DNA of 64,000 nt from an uncultured Candidatus Saccharibacteria bacterium (GCA_964574655.1 CAZNOH010000002.1:108596-172595); one strand, 5' to 3'. Positions 53,894 to 63,230 are shown, counted from the first letter of the stretch. A program made the numbers and translations. The notes: generated by a model not told the origin, from the sequence alone.

Positions 53894-54372
53894 TTTTAAA
53901 TTTCGAATTTTAAATTTTAAATAAATTTTAAAGTTTCTAATTTTAAAATAATATAAATGCTTAAAGAAAAAGATAAGCAATACGATTTAGAAGAAAGAAC
54001 CGCAAAATTTGCAGAAGGCATAATCGATCTTTGCCAAGGCCTACCGCAAACAGCAATTACTAAGTCAACGATAAGCCAGATAATTCGTTCAAGCTCAAGT
54101 ATCGGCGCAAACTATTGCGAAGCAAACGGCGCAAGCTCAAAAAAAGATTTTAGGAACAAAATATTTATCTGTAAGAAAGAAGCTCAGGAAACACGATATT
54201 GGATAAGAATATTGGCTAAATGTTTACCAAACAAAAAAGAAGACTTGCGAAATCATTGGAAGGAGTGTCAAGAATTAACACTAATTTTTGGTAAAATTGC
54301 ATCAAAGTTATAGCAATTTAAAATTAAGTAATTTGAAATTTAATTAAAATTCGAAATTTTAAATTTAAAATT
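53892..54372. mobile_element. Candidate loaded hairpin element: 57-bp inverted arms enclosing a four-helix-bundle gene
   Basis: 53892-53948 matches the reverse complement of 54316-54372 at 46/57 positions, ungapped. Mobility is inferred, not shown. Confidence 0.55.
53957..54313 (+). CDS. Four helix bundle protein (TIGR02436 / 23S rRNA-IVP-like family)
   Basis: DLEERTAKFA...QIIRSSSSIGANYCEA...SKKDF..KI.I..KEAQETRYW..L...ECQELTLIF. Confidence 0.88.
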   Translation: MLKEKDKQYDLEERTAKFAEGIIDLCQGLPQTAITKSTISQIIRSSSSIGANYCEANGASSKKDFRNKIFICKKEAQETRYWIRILAKCLPNKKEDLRNHWKECQELTLIFGKIASKL

Positions 54373-54377
54373 GAGTA

Positions 54378-55121
54378 ATGCTTAAAAAAGAAAAAAAAGA
54401 AGAAAAGAAAGTTGAAGTAAAACAAGAAGAAGAAACAATGCTTTCAAGTAAAGCAGCAAAGAAAGAAGAAGAGTCAACTCAGAAATTTTTGAATGTCGCT
54501 GGAATCAGAGATGGAATTATAATTCTAAAAAACAAAGCATTGCGGGCAATAGTGATGTGTTCATCAATTAATTTTGCTTTGATGTCTGAAGATGAACAAA
54601 AAGCTAAGGTTTTTGGCTATCAAGATTTTTTAAATTCATTAAATTTTCCAGTGCAAATCGTTATCCAAACTAGAAAGCTAAACATCGCAGGCTATCTAGA
54701 AAAAGTCAAAGAAGCTGAAAGAATGCAAGACAATGAATTGTTAAGAATGCAGACAGCTGAATACGCTGAATTTATAAAATCAATGGTAGAATTAGGAAAT
54801 ATTACTACTTCTCATTATTATGTTTCAATACCTTATTCTCCAGCTGGAATTGAAGCAACTGAATCAATAATGGATAAAATCAAAGGAATTATTTCGCCAG
54901 CGTCAAAAATAAAAGAAGAACAAGTTGGTTTCCAAAAACAACAAGAGGAGCTTTTGCTTCGCGTAAATACAGTAATCAGCGGACTTGGAGGAGTTGGAAT
55001 TCAATCCGCGCAACTTAATACTCAAGAAGTAGTTGAGCTCTTGTATTCATGGTATAATCCAGATGAAAGCACTACTGAAATACTTGGAGAATTGGAAAAG
55101 CTTAAGATTGAACAAGCCTAA
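54378..55121 (+). CDS. T4SS-associated protein (TraC/VirB4 N-terminal-like)
   Basis: STQKFL...IRDGIIILK...SSINFALMSEDEQ...FLNSLNFPVQI; lies between prgI and virB4. Confidence 0.7.
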   Translation: MLKKEKKEEKKVEVKQEEETMLSSKAAKKEEESTQKFLNVAGIRDGIIILKNKALRAIVMCSSINFALMSEDEQKAKVFGYQDFLNSLNFPVQIVIQTRKLNIAGYLEKVKEAERMQDNELLRMQTAEYAEFIKSMVELGNITTSHYYVSIPYSPAGIEATESIMDKIKGIISPASKIKEEQVGFQKQQEELLLRVNTVISGLGGVGIQSAQLNTQEVVELLYSWYNPDESTTEILGELEKLKIEQA

Positions 55122-55125
55122 GAAC

Positions 55126-55235
55126 AATTTTAAATTATAAAATTTTAAAACTAGAAAAACGAAACTAGTCAAAAAATGGTTTTGAAATTAAATATTTAAA
55201 ATTTATTTGAAATTTGAAATTGAAAATTTGAAATT
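55126..55235. repeat. Periodic palindrome, TAAATTT class (short left arm)
   Basis: Right arm ATTTATTTGAAATTTGAAATTGAAAATTTGAAATT. Confidence 0.7.
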
Positions 55236-55244
55236 AGCAAAACT

Positions 55245-57080
55245 ATGCAAGATAAAGACTTACCAATCGGTAAAAAAAATATTGAAAATATAAGTCAAGC
55301 CGAGCAAGAAGAGATTCTTAAGGCTGAAGAAATTTACAGAAAGGGTCTGGTTTCGATTCGCGATATTATTGCGCCAAGTGCTTTGCAAGTCAATCCAAAT
55401 TATCTTAAATTAGGTGATAAGTTCGTCAGAACTATATTCATTTTTACTTATCCTCGTTTTGTCAATACTGGCTGGTTTGCTCCAGTCATTAATATGAATA
55501 TTGAAGCTGATATGGCAATGTATATTTCACCTGTTGAATCAGAAAAAATATTAAAAACATTAAAAAATAAAGTAGGACAAATTCAGTCAACTATTGCCGG
55601 AAAACAGGAAAAAGGTGATGTCCGAGATCCAATGCTAGAAACAGCATTAAATGATGTTGAAGAACTTCGTGATCGTTTAATTCAGGGCACAGAAAGATTT
55701 TTCCATTTTGCATTATATATCACTCTTTATGAGAATTCTGAAAAAAAACTAGATAAAACCACCAAAGAAATAGAGGATCTATTAGGTCAAAGACTGATCT
55801 ATTCAAAGCGAGCATTTTTTCAAGCTGAACAAGGATTTAATACCACAACGCCATTAGGTCTTGACGAGCTTGGCGTTCTTAACAATTTTAATACTTCACC
55901 TTTATCAACTAGTTTTCCATTTGTTTCTTCGGAATTGACTTCTGATGAAGGCATTCTTTATGGAATCAACCGCCACAATAATAGCTTGATTTTATTTGAT
56001 CGTTTCTCCTTGCCAAATGCCAATTCAGTAGTATTCGCCACATCTGGTGCTGGTAAAAGTTACGCCGTTAAATTAGAAATATTAAGGTCTTTAATGTTTG
56101 GTACAGAAGTTATAGTCATTGATCCAGAAAATGAATATAAATATTTATGTGAATCAGTCGGCGGAACATTTTTGAAAATGTCTCTAGAGTCAGAATACAG
56201 ATTGAATCCTTTTGATCTGCCATCTGCAATTTCTGGAATGAAAACCAAAGATATTATTCGGTCAGCAGTTATTAATATAAAAGGTTTGCTTAGAATTATG
56301 CTTGGTCGTTTGACAAAAGAAGAAGATGCTTTGCTTGATAGCGCAATTATTCAAACTTACGCCAAAAAAGATATAACTCCAGATTCTGATTTATCAAAAA
56401 TAGAAGTTCCAACAATGAAAGATTTGCAAGAAATTCTTGAAGGCATGCAAGGAGCAGAAGACATTGTTCCAAGAATAAAAAAATATACAGAAGGAACTTT
56501 TGCCGGTCTTTTGAATCAGGCAACCAATGTCCAAATTGACAATCCATTTGTTGTTTTTAGCATTAGAGATTTAGAGGACGAGTTACGTCCAATTGCCATG
56601 TATGTTATTTTAAATCACATCTGGAATATCGTCAGAGCTCAAATGAAAAAAAGAATTCTAGTTGTCGATGAAGCATGGTGGATGATGCAATATGAAGAAT
56701 CAGCCAGATTTATGTATGGCATTGCCAAAAGAGGAAGAAAATATTATCTAGGCACAACAACAATTTCTCAAGATGTTAATGATTTCTTAACATCAGATTA
56801 TGGAAAAGCAATCGTAACAAATTCCGCATTGCAATTGTTATTAAAGCAGTCTCCAGCCTCTATTGATTTATTAAAAAAAACTTTTTATTTAACTGAAGAA
56901 GAAAAATATTTATTATTAGAATCAGATGTTGGTGAAGGAATTTTCTTTGCAGGTTCAAAACATGTTGCAATAAAAATAGTTGCCTCATATTCTGAAGATC
57001 AGATTATTACAACAGATCCAAAACAATTACTAGAGCTAGAACAGGCTAAGAAAAATTACGAAGAAGAGCAAAACGCATAA
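55245..57080 (+). CDS. virB4: VirB4/TraC-like ATPase
   Basis: Walker A ATSGAGKS, IDPENEY, NPFD, Walker B VVDEAW, RKY, SQ. Confidence 0.9.
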   Translation: MQDKDLPIGKKNIENISQAEQEEILKAEEIYRKGLVSIRDIIAPSALQVNPNYLKLGDKFVRTIFIFTYPRFVNTGWFAPVINMNIEADMAMYISPVESEKILKTLKNKVGQIQSTIAGKQEKGDVRDPMLETALNDVEELRDRLIQGTERFFHFALYITLYENSEKKLDKTTKEIEDLLGQRLIYSKRAFFQAEQGFNTTTPLGLDELGVLNNFNTSPLSTSFPFVSSELTSDEGILYGINRHNNSLILFDRFSLPNANSVVFATSGAGKSYAVKLEILRSLMFGTEVIVIDPENEYKYLCESVGGTFLKMSLESEYRLNPFDLPSAISGMKTKDIIRSAVINIKGLLRIMLGRLTKEEDALLDSAIIQTYAKKDITPDSDLSKIEVPTMKDLQEILEGMQGAEDIVPRIKKYTEGTFAGLLNQATNVQIDNPFVVFSIRDLEDELRPIAMYVILNHIWNIVRAQMKKRILVVDEAWWMMQYEESARFMYGIAKRGRKYYLGTTTISQDVNDFLTSDYGKAIVTNSALQLLLKQSPASIDLLKKTFYLTEEEKYLLLESDVGEGIFFAGSKHVAIKIVASYSEDQIITTDPKQLLELEQAKKNYEEEQNA

Positions 57081-57082
57081 TG

Positions 57083-57206
57083 AATTTACAATCTTCAATA
57101 ATCAATTTTCAATAAATTTCCAATTTACAATTTCCAAATCGCGAAAGTTTTTGAAAAATTGATCATTGATAATTTATTGAAAATTGGTAATTGAAAATTA
57201 GAAATT
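57083..57206. repeat. Long periodic palindrome, CAATTTN class
   Basis: CAATAAAT / ATTTATTG break; loop TCGCGA; resembles 477-600. Confidence 0.85.
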
Positions 57207-57217
57207 AATTTATAACT

Positions 57218-57886
57218 ATGTTCAAAAAATCTTATGTTGTCATTTTAATCGCATTTTTAGCGTTAACAACAACTGCCTTTGGCTGTAAAAAAGCAACGCC
57301 TCCAGCTAATAGTCAGACAGCTAATCAAAATACAAATGTTGTTGCCAACAACACAGCTACGACTGGAAATGAAAACGAATTTCCAATTGTCAATGCCAAT
57401 GAGGTAGCAAATGCAAACATAAATGCCGAGCTAAACATTAATACGCCAGAAAATACTGGCAGTGAAAATATAAATGCAATCGAAAATCAAGGCGAAATAA
57501 AAGTAGAAGAAGATCAAGAAAAAACAGTTTTAGCTCTTGCTTCAAAAATTGCTGAAATCTATGGCACTTTTACCAATAAAGACAAAGAAGCCTACAAGAA
57601 TTTAAAAACAATCAAAACATATTCTACTGACAAAATGAAAAGCTGGATTGATGATCAAGTTGCCAAGCCCATAGATCCAAAAGCCGCTTTCTACGGCGCA
57701 ACAACAAAAACAATCAGCACTGGAATCTCAGATACAAAAGATAAAGAAATGACAGCAATCGTAACCTGCAAAAGAGAAGAAATTACTGCTCAAAACAATA
57801 AGCCAACAGTAAAATATCAAATCTTAAAACTTGAATTTTCTAAAGTCGGAGAAGAATGGAAAGTAAACGGCGCCTATTGGTTATAA
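57218..57886 (+). CDS. Predicted lipoprotein, possibly with an NTF2/VirB8-like C-terminal domain
   Basis: AFGC lipobox-like motif; Asn-rich linker; AEIYGTF...LEFSKVGEEWKV. Confidence 0.6.
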   Translation: MFKKSYVVILIAFLALTTTAFGCKKATPPANSQTANQNTNVVANNTATTGNENEFPIVNANEVANANINAELNINTPENTGSENINAIENQGEIKVEEDQEKTVLALASKIAEIYGTFTNKDKEAYKNLKTIKTYSTDKMKSWIDDQVAKPIDPKAAFYGATTKTISTGISDTKDKEMTAIVTCKREEITAQNNKPTVKYQILKLEFSKVGEEWKVNGAYWL

Positions 57887-57891
57887 AAATA

Positions 57892-58002
57892 ATAATACGA
57901 ATGCGGATACGAATAATGCAAATGTTGCGAATTGCGAATCGTCGTATTCGTAATTCGTATCATTCGCATCATTCGCATTATTCGTACGTTTATTCGTATT
58001 AT
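57892..58002. repeat. Long periodic palindrome, TACGAAT class
   Basis: Loop CGTCGT; shares TACGAATAATGCAAATGTTGCGAATTRCGAATCGTCGTATT with the 32435 copy. Confidence 0.9.
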
Positions 58003-58046
58003 GTATAGACGATTTATAAAAAACAGACATATTTTACAAGGAAAGC

Positions 58047-58697
58047 ATGAAAAATATATCTAGCAATATTAACAGAGAACTATTTTATTATGAAAAACTA
58101 AAGGAGATTAAACACAAAAAAAAATCATCCCCTGATTTTGGGAATTACAAAAACTCTTTTTCAACTAATTATGGAGCGCATCTCATTAATCAAAAAAACA
58201 TTATTAAATTTGATGGCGCTGAAGCAGTTGAGGATTATGAGCAAGATGTAGAATCAATGCCCAATACTGTTGCCAGAGGTCAAGAAGGTGGTAATTATGA
58301 GCAATTCAATCGGCTGAAGAACGAAGCAATGAAAAGAGCAAAAAAAAGCAAAGGCGCAACTGAAAAAGCCACGAAAGTTGCCAAAGCTGCAAAACAGCTT
58401 AAGAGCATGAAAAATATAAAAAATTTATATAATTTAGTAAAAATTGCCTTTACCGTTGATCTTGTAACAGTTGTAGTCACATTAGTAATTATGTTCATTC
58501 AATTCTTCGGTGGAAATGTTTTTAAATCAAAATACATTCCTCCGCTTGGTAAAATAGAATTGCTTCTCTTTATTCCAATTCTACTCTCTGCTTCAGCCTC
58601 TACGCTTGTTTTTGTACTACCGACGATTATAGGCACAGGATTGCTTGGCAGTGCCTATGCAGGCCTTGCAAATTTAATTGGTAATGTTGGTATATAA
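58047..58697 (+). CDS. Hypothetical membrane protein
   Basis: Basic N-terminus and C-terminal TM helices. Confidence 0.6.
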   Translation: MKNISSNINRELFYYEKLKEIKHKKKSSPDFGNYKNSFSTNYGAHLINQKNIIKFDGAEAVEDYEQDVESMPNTVARGQEGGNYEQFNRLKNEAMKRAKKSKGATEKATKVAKAAKQLKSMKNIKNLYNLVKIAFTVDLVTVVVTLVIMFIQFFGGNVFKSKYIPPLGKIELLLFIPILLSASASTLVFVLPTIIGTGLLGSAYAGLANLIGNVGI

Positions 58698-58700
58698 AAT

Positions 58701-60185
58701 ATGAACAAAAACAAAATAATCATTTTTCTAGGTCTATTATTGTTATTAATAGGCTTCAACCAATCCTTCGCGCAAGAAGAAGGCGAGTTTGTGGTGCCTG
58801 ATGAGTTCAAAAAGATTATCAATATTGATCCAAACAACATAACTGGCAAGGATATCATAAGCATCATGCCCTTGAGTGTTACGCTAGACTATTCACCACA
58901 GCCAGTTTCTGCAACTAGCCCAGTTAAAGTAACAGCCCAAGTAATTAGTAGCACTAAATCAGATGGTGTTAGTTTTCGTTGGTTTTTGGATGGTCAAGAA
59001 AAAAAAGCTAGCAATTCTGTTTTTCAGTTTAATATGAACGAGGGGTTAGTGAATCAAGACTTGCGTTGTGGCGATTATCGGGAAGTGAAAGTTGAAGCAA
59101 TAAATTCTAATACCAAAGAAAAAGCTATTTCTATTTTAAAAATTCCAATTGGATTAAATCTATCATTTAACAAGAGATCTATTGGCGTTGCTGACCAAAA
59201 CAATCCAAATACCATAAATTTTAATTTATACAAAGCTGATATATCAACTGACAGTATTGCTTTGCAAGTTCCTGATATTTTTCTAAAACCAACGTCTACT
59301 CAAAATCAATTTCGTTTCAGTGACATTGTGCAAGTTGAAGCCATTGATTTGAGAAATACATACAATAATCAGGCTTGCGGTTCAACATCAAGTTATACTA
59401 ATTTAGATAGCTATTTAAATAGTCTTACTTATCAATGGTCTTATAATGGAACTTCACAGCAAGGAAAAAGTGGAAAAGGCGAAAATTTTAAGAAAGCTTC
59501 ATTCGTTATTAGCACTTTGCCATCGCAATTAATTCAAAATGACTTAGCATCCTGCGGTGCTTCAGAATCTCAGAATATTAATATCGTTGGTCTGACAATT
59601 ACTGATTCTTATGGCAAGGTATTGGCCCAAAAAGAAGAATCTCTAGATGTTATTGCTCCTCAAATCAATGTCAAGCCTATTTGTGGCGCATTTGGAAAGA
59701 ATATTCAATGCGTTAATATCAATTCCACAAACCTAAAATCATCTTACGGTGTTTCCCAAAGTTATCAGCTCAATCCAAATCAAGAAATCAATTTGCAAGC
59801 AAGTTTAGGTAGCTTTCAACCTTCTCAAAAATTAGATATAACATGGAAGGTTAATAACCAAGAGATTGATAATAAAATAGTTGAAGATCCCAATACGCCA
59901 TATTTTACTTCACCAAGCATCAAGATGGGAAGTCAAATTCAAATTGTTGAAGTAAGCGTTATAAATAGTGTTTATAACTCTAATCAAACAGAAAATGCTT
60001 CCCAAAAAATTGTCTTAACGCCAAGCCAAGAAAGAGCGCAGGTATCTACAGCTGGAACACTTGGGTCACTGCAAAAATTCTTGCCGAAAAACTTTAAAAG
60101 TTTATATAATTATATTGCAGTTGCCGGTTTGTTAGGAATAATTATTTTATTAATAACCATAAAAGAAAAGAAAAAAAATGGATAG
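58701..60185 (+). CDS. Surface protein with Ig/PKD-like domains and C-terminal TM
   Basis: Signal peptide; FRWFLDG, YQWSYNG, ITWKVN repeats; TM followed by a basic tail. Confidence 0.7.
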   Translation: MNKNKIIIFLGLLLLLIGFNQSFAQEEGEFVVPDEFKKIINIDPNNITGKDIISIMPLSVTLDYSPQPVSATSPVKVTAQVISSTKSDGVSFRWFLDGQEKKASNSVFQFNMNEGLVNQDLRCGDYREVKVEAINSNTKEKAISILKIPIGLNLSFNKRSIGVADQNNPNTINFNLYKADISTDSIALQVPDIFLKPTSTQNQFRFSDIVQVEAIDLRNTYNNQACGSTSSYTNLDSYLNSLTYQWSYNGTSQQGKSGKGENFKKASFVISTLPSQLIQNDLASCGASESQNINIVGLTITDSYGKVLAQKEESLDVIAPQINVKPICGAFGKNIQCVNINSTNLKSSYGVSQSYQLNPNQEINLQASLGSFQPSQKLDITWKVNNQEIDNKIVEDPNTPYFTSPSIKMGSQIQIVEVSVINSVYNSNQTENASQKIVLTPSQERAQVSTAGTLGSLQKFLPKNFKSLYNYIAVAGLLGIIILLITIKEKKKNG

Positions 60186-61419
60186 AAAAAGAATTTTAAT
60201 TATTATCGGAATAATTGCATTGATTATTGCTTTCGCAGTAACAATTTATTTTGTAATTTTTCGTCAACAAAAAAAAGTAGCTTCAGATCTTCCGCCTTTG
60301 ACAACAGAAGAGCAACAAAGATTAAAATTAACAACTGAAGAAAGGCAAGCAGGCATCACTGAAGATAAAAAAATTCAGCAATATGTCGCTGAAAAAAGGC
60401 AGGAAATTGCCGTACAAAAAGCAGTAACTGATACAAACAAGTACAAAGTCATTCCAGTCTTAAACCAAAAAACAATCAGTCCAACATTATCAGCTGATTT
60501 CAGCAAGCTTATTTTTTATAGTCCAGAAAATAAAGATTTTTATGTCGCAAATTTAGACGGCAGCCAGCCGTCTCCAATTACATCAAGCGGAATTGACAAA
60601 GTCTATGATATATCATGGTCCAAGAAAAAAGATCGCGCAGTAATGACATTGTCTGACAATCAGGGTTTGACTAGAAATTATTTAATCTTTGACATTAATA
60701 ATCAAAAACAAACAACAGTTGATTCCAGTATCAAATCTCCGACATTGTCGCCTGATGGTGAAAAAATCGCTTATTTATTCTTAGATAAAGCATCCGGCAC
60801 CTCAAATATTTCTGTCTCAAACCTTGACGGTTCTAACTGGAACAGCGTTTCTCCTTTTGAAGGCGAATTTCCAATTATCAATTGGAATTTAGAATCAAAA
60901 TTAATTTATTATAGTAAGCCTGATACTCAAAATAATGCCATTGCCTTTGCCGCCAATATTATTGGCAAGAGCTTCAATCAGTTAGTTAGCAATTATGGTC
61001 TTAATGTCAATGTATCAAATGATGGTAATAAAATTGTTTATTCTGGTCAAAATGTTGCAAGTGCGACAACAACGAATTTGCAATTTTATGATATGCAGGC
61101 TAGCAAAAATATTGATTTAGGCGTTCAAACTTTTGCTGATAAGTGTACTTGGTTGCCAGATAACAAAAATTTAATTTGCGCTATCCCAGAAAATTTAAGC
61201 AAATGTATGATTATGCCAGATGCCTATAATAATTATAATTTTATTTCCAAAGATTCTTTCTATATAGTTGATACTCAAAATAATAAGACCACAAAATTAG
61301 CAAGTACTAGTCAATTCTCGCAAGACTATGATGTCTACAAGCCTTTTATGCTTGGCGAAAAAATAATGTATTTCACAAGACGGCAGGATGGATTATTGTA
61401 TGCGTTTGTAATACCATGA
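60178..61419 (+). CDS. Membrane-anchored TolB-like beta-propeller protein
   Basis: PTLSADFSKLIF, PTLSPDGEKIAY, VSNDGNKIVY repeats. Confidence 0.75.
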   Translation: MDRKRILIIIGIIALIIAFAVTIYFVIFRQQKKVASDLPPLTTEEQQRLKLTTEERQAGITEDKKIQQYVAEKRQEIAVQKAVTDTNKYKVIPVLNQKTISPTLSADFSKLIFYSPENKDFYVANLDGSQPSPITSSGIDKVYDISWSKKKDRAVMTLSDNQGLTRNYLIFDINNQKQTTVDSSIKSPTLSPDGEKIAYLFLDKASGTSNISVSNLDGSNWNSVSPFEGEFPIINWNLESKLIYYSKPDTQNNAIAFAANIIGKSFNQLVSNYGLNVNVSNDGNKIVYSGQNVASATTTNLQFYDMQASKNIDLGVQTFADKCTWLPDNKNLICAIPENLSKCMIMPDAYNNYNFISKDSFYIVDTQNNKTTKLASTSQFSQDYDVYKPFMLGEKIMYFTRRQDGLLYAFVIP

Positions 61420-61423
61420 AGTT

Positions 61424-61556
61424 AAAACACAAAATCCTAAATTCTAAATACTAAACAAATTCAAATTAAAAAAATAAAAATCCAAAAGTTGTTTTATATT
61501 TTGAGTTTTGGACATTTAGATTTGTTTAGGATTTAGAATTTAGTGCTTAGGATTTT
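61424..61556. repeat. Long periodic palindrome, CTAAATN class
   Basis: AAATCCTAAATTCTAAATACTAAACAAAT versus ATTTGTTTAGGATTTAGAATTTAGTGCTTAGGATTT. Confidence 0.85.
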
Positions 61557-61564
61557 TTTTGGAT

Positions 61565-63208
61565 ATGATCACAAAGCTCAAAAAATTAATTTATACATTA
61601 ATAATATTTCTATATATTCTTCTTTTTGTATCTCCTTTTCTTTCTGCCCAAGCTGCTTGTCCACAAGGAAAAGTAGTATTAGTCGGAGATTCGGTTACAA
61701 ATGCTTATGGACCTGTCTTTAAGTCGCAATGTCCTGATGCTCAAGTTGATATTTATGCAACTGATGGTCAATCAACAAGCAGTATGCGATCATCATTTGA
61801 TAGCAACATATTGAATAAGGGTTACAGCCAAGTAATCATACTGGGTGGTGTAAACAATATCGGAAATGTCAGTGCAGTTGAAAATGATCTTCAATATATG
61901 TACAGCAAAGCAAAACAATCTGGTATTGCTGTTACAGCTGTAACAATCACTCCGTGGAAAGGTTATAGCACTTGGAGCGACGACAAACAAAGAAATACCG
62001 AGAATATTAATAATTGGATTTTAGGGTCGGCTAAGGATGTTGATAATAGAGTTAATGCTTATCAATCATTAGTAGATCCTAATAATCCTGGTGCTTTACG
62101 ACCAGAATATACTACAGATAAGCTACATCCAAATACTTCAGCTGGAAAACAAGCTCTATCTTCAACAATCTCTGGTTCATCTTTTTCAGCTCCAACCGGT
62201 CAGACTCAATCACCAATTCCTGGCACTGATGGTACAGCGCCAATTACAGCAACAGATACAACAGCCGCGCCGCCTACCTATGAACGGACATCAACATTGA
62301 TTTCTGGTAATAGCGCTTGCGAAATCTGGAAGAACGCATTTAATCTAGGCATCTCATTCATCGGCGTTATTGCATTAGCTGGAGTAATTTGGGGCGGATT
62401 TGGTTATATTACTTCTTATGGCAATCAGGAAAAAGTAACTTCTGCAAAAGAAACAATTTGGGGATCAGTTACTGGATTATTTATTGGACTTTTTGCTTAT
62501 GTCTTATTCTCAATGATTAATCCTTATGTTTTACAATGTAAAATAGAAGCGCCGTTTAAATTGAGTAAAAACGGGTCTGGGACTAATAATCCTTCTGGAA
62601 ATAATGGAACAGATACGGGACCTGGCGCAACGCCCACGACAGGAGAAATAAAAGATTGTGAAAATGCTTTTGTTGTAAAATTGCCTTATGACACTGTAAT
62701 AAAGCAAGCTGCAGAAGCAAACAGAATTGATCCGCATTTTTTGAAAGCTATAATAAGAATAGAATCAGGCTTTGGCGCAAACATTGGTCCTTCTAGTGCT
62801 GGAGCTTATGGTATTTCTCAATTTATGCCAGGCACTTTTGCTGGCATGGCACCTTCTGGAGTTCCTGACTCTTGCAAAAAAAAATCTGGCCAAAGTACAG
62901 CTATCGGTGGCTATTGCGTAAATGAAAAAGGTAGAAATCCAGCTTGTTGCCAAGCAAGTCCAAAAAGCTGTCAGCAGGAATATGCACCGGATTGTATGGC
63001 TTGGATAAAAAATCATCCTAACGAAATGATATATGTATCAGCAAAATTACTAGCTATAAACAAAAGGAATTCAAATGGTAGCTATTTTGATGCTGCTGCA
63101 AAATATAATGGCGGTGCTGGTTATTATCGGCAAGCTGGTCCGCAAGGCTATGCCCGAAGTGCTGCCAATTACGATGCTACGTATTGCAAGCAATCAGGCG
63201 GACAGTAA
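61565..63208 (+). CDS. SGNH/GDSL esterase - VirB2-like pilin - SLT lytic transglycosylase fusion
   Basis: VGDSVT, GGVNN, DKLHP (SGNH); IWGGFGYITSYGNQEKVTSAKETIWGSVTG (pilin); AIIRIESGF, SAGAYGISQFMPGT, AKYNGG (SLT). Confidence 0.85.
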   Translation: MITKLKKLIYTLIIFLYILLFVSPFLSAQAACPQGKVVLVGDSVTNAYGPVFKSQCPDAQVDIYATDGQSTSSMRSSFDSNILNKGYSQVIILGGVNNIGNVSAVENDLQYMYSKAKQSGIAVTAVTITPWKGYSTWSDDKQRNTENINNWILGSAKDVDNRVNAYQSLVDPNNPGALRPEYTTDKLHPNTSAGKQALSSTISGSSFSAPTGQTQSPIPGTDGTAPITATDTTAAPPTYERTSTLISGNSACEIWKNAFNLGISFIGVIALAGVIWGGFGYITSYGNQEKVTSAKETIWGSVTGLFIGLFAYVLFSMINPYVLQCKIEAPFKLSKNGSGTNNPSGNNGTDTGPGATPTTGEIKDCENAFVVKLPYDTVIKQAAEANRIDPHFLKAIIRIESGFGANIGPSSAGAYGISQFMPGTFAGMAPSGVPDSCKKKSGQSTAIGGYCVNEKGRNPACCQASPKSCQQEYAPDCMAWIKNHPNEMIYVSAKLLAINKRNSNGSYFDAAAKYNGGAGYYRQAGPQGYARSAANYDATYCKQSGGQ

Positions 63209-63230
63209 ACACGTTTTTTAATCAAAAAAT

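Noticed and set aside
53957-54313. Four-helix-bundle gene as Avd of a diversity-generating retroelement
   Set aside because: No reverse transcriptase and no TR/VR pair with adenine-specific mismatches is visible in the window.
53957-54313. 23S rRNA intervening sequence
   Set aside because: No rRNA sequence surrounds the gene; it lies between protein-coding T4SS genes.
477-61556. Periodic AT-rich repeats as CRISPR arrays
   Set aside because: There are no identical 23-47 bp direct repeats with unique spacers and no cas genes; these are single inverted structures with 7-10 nt units.
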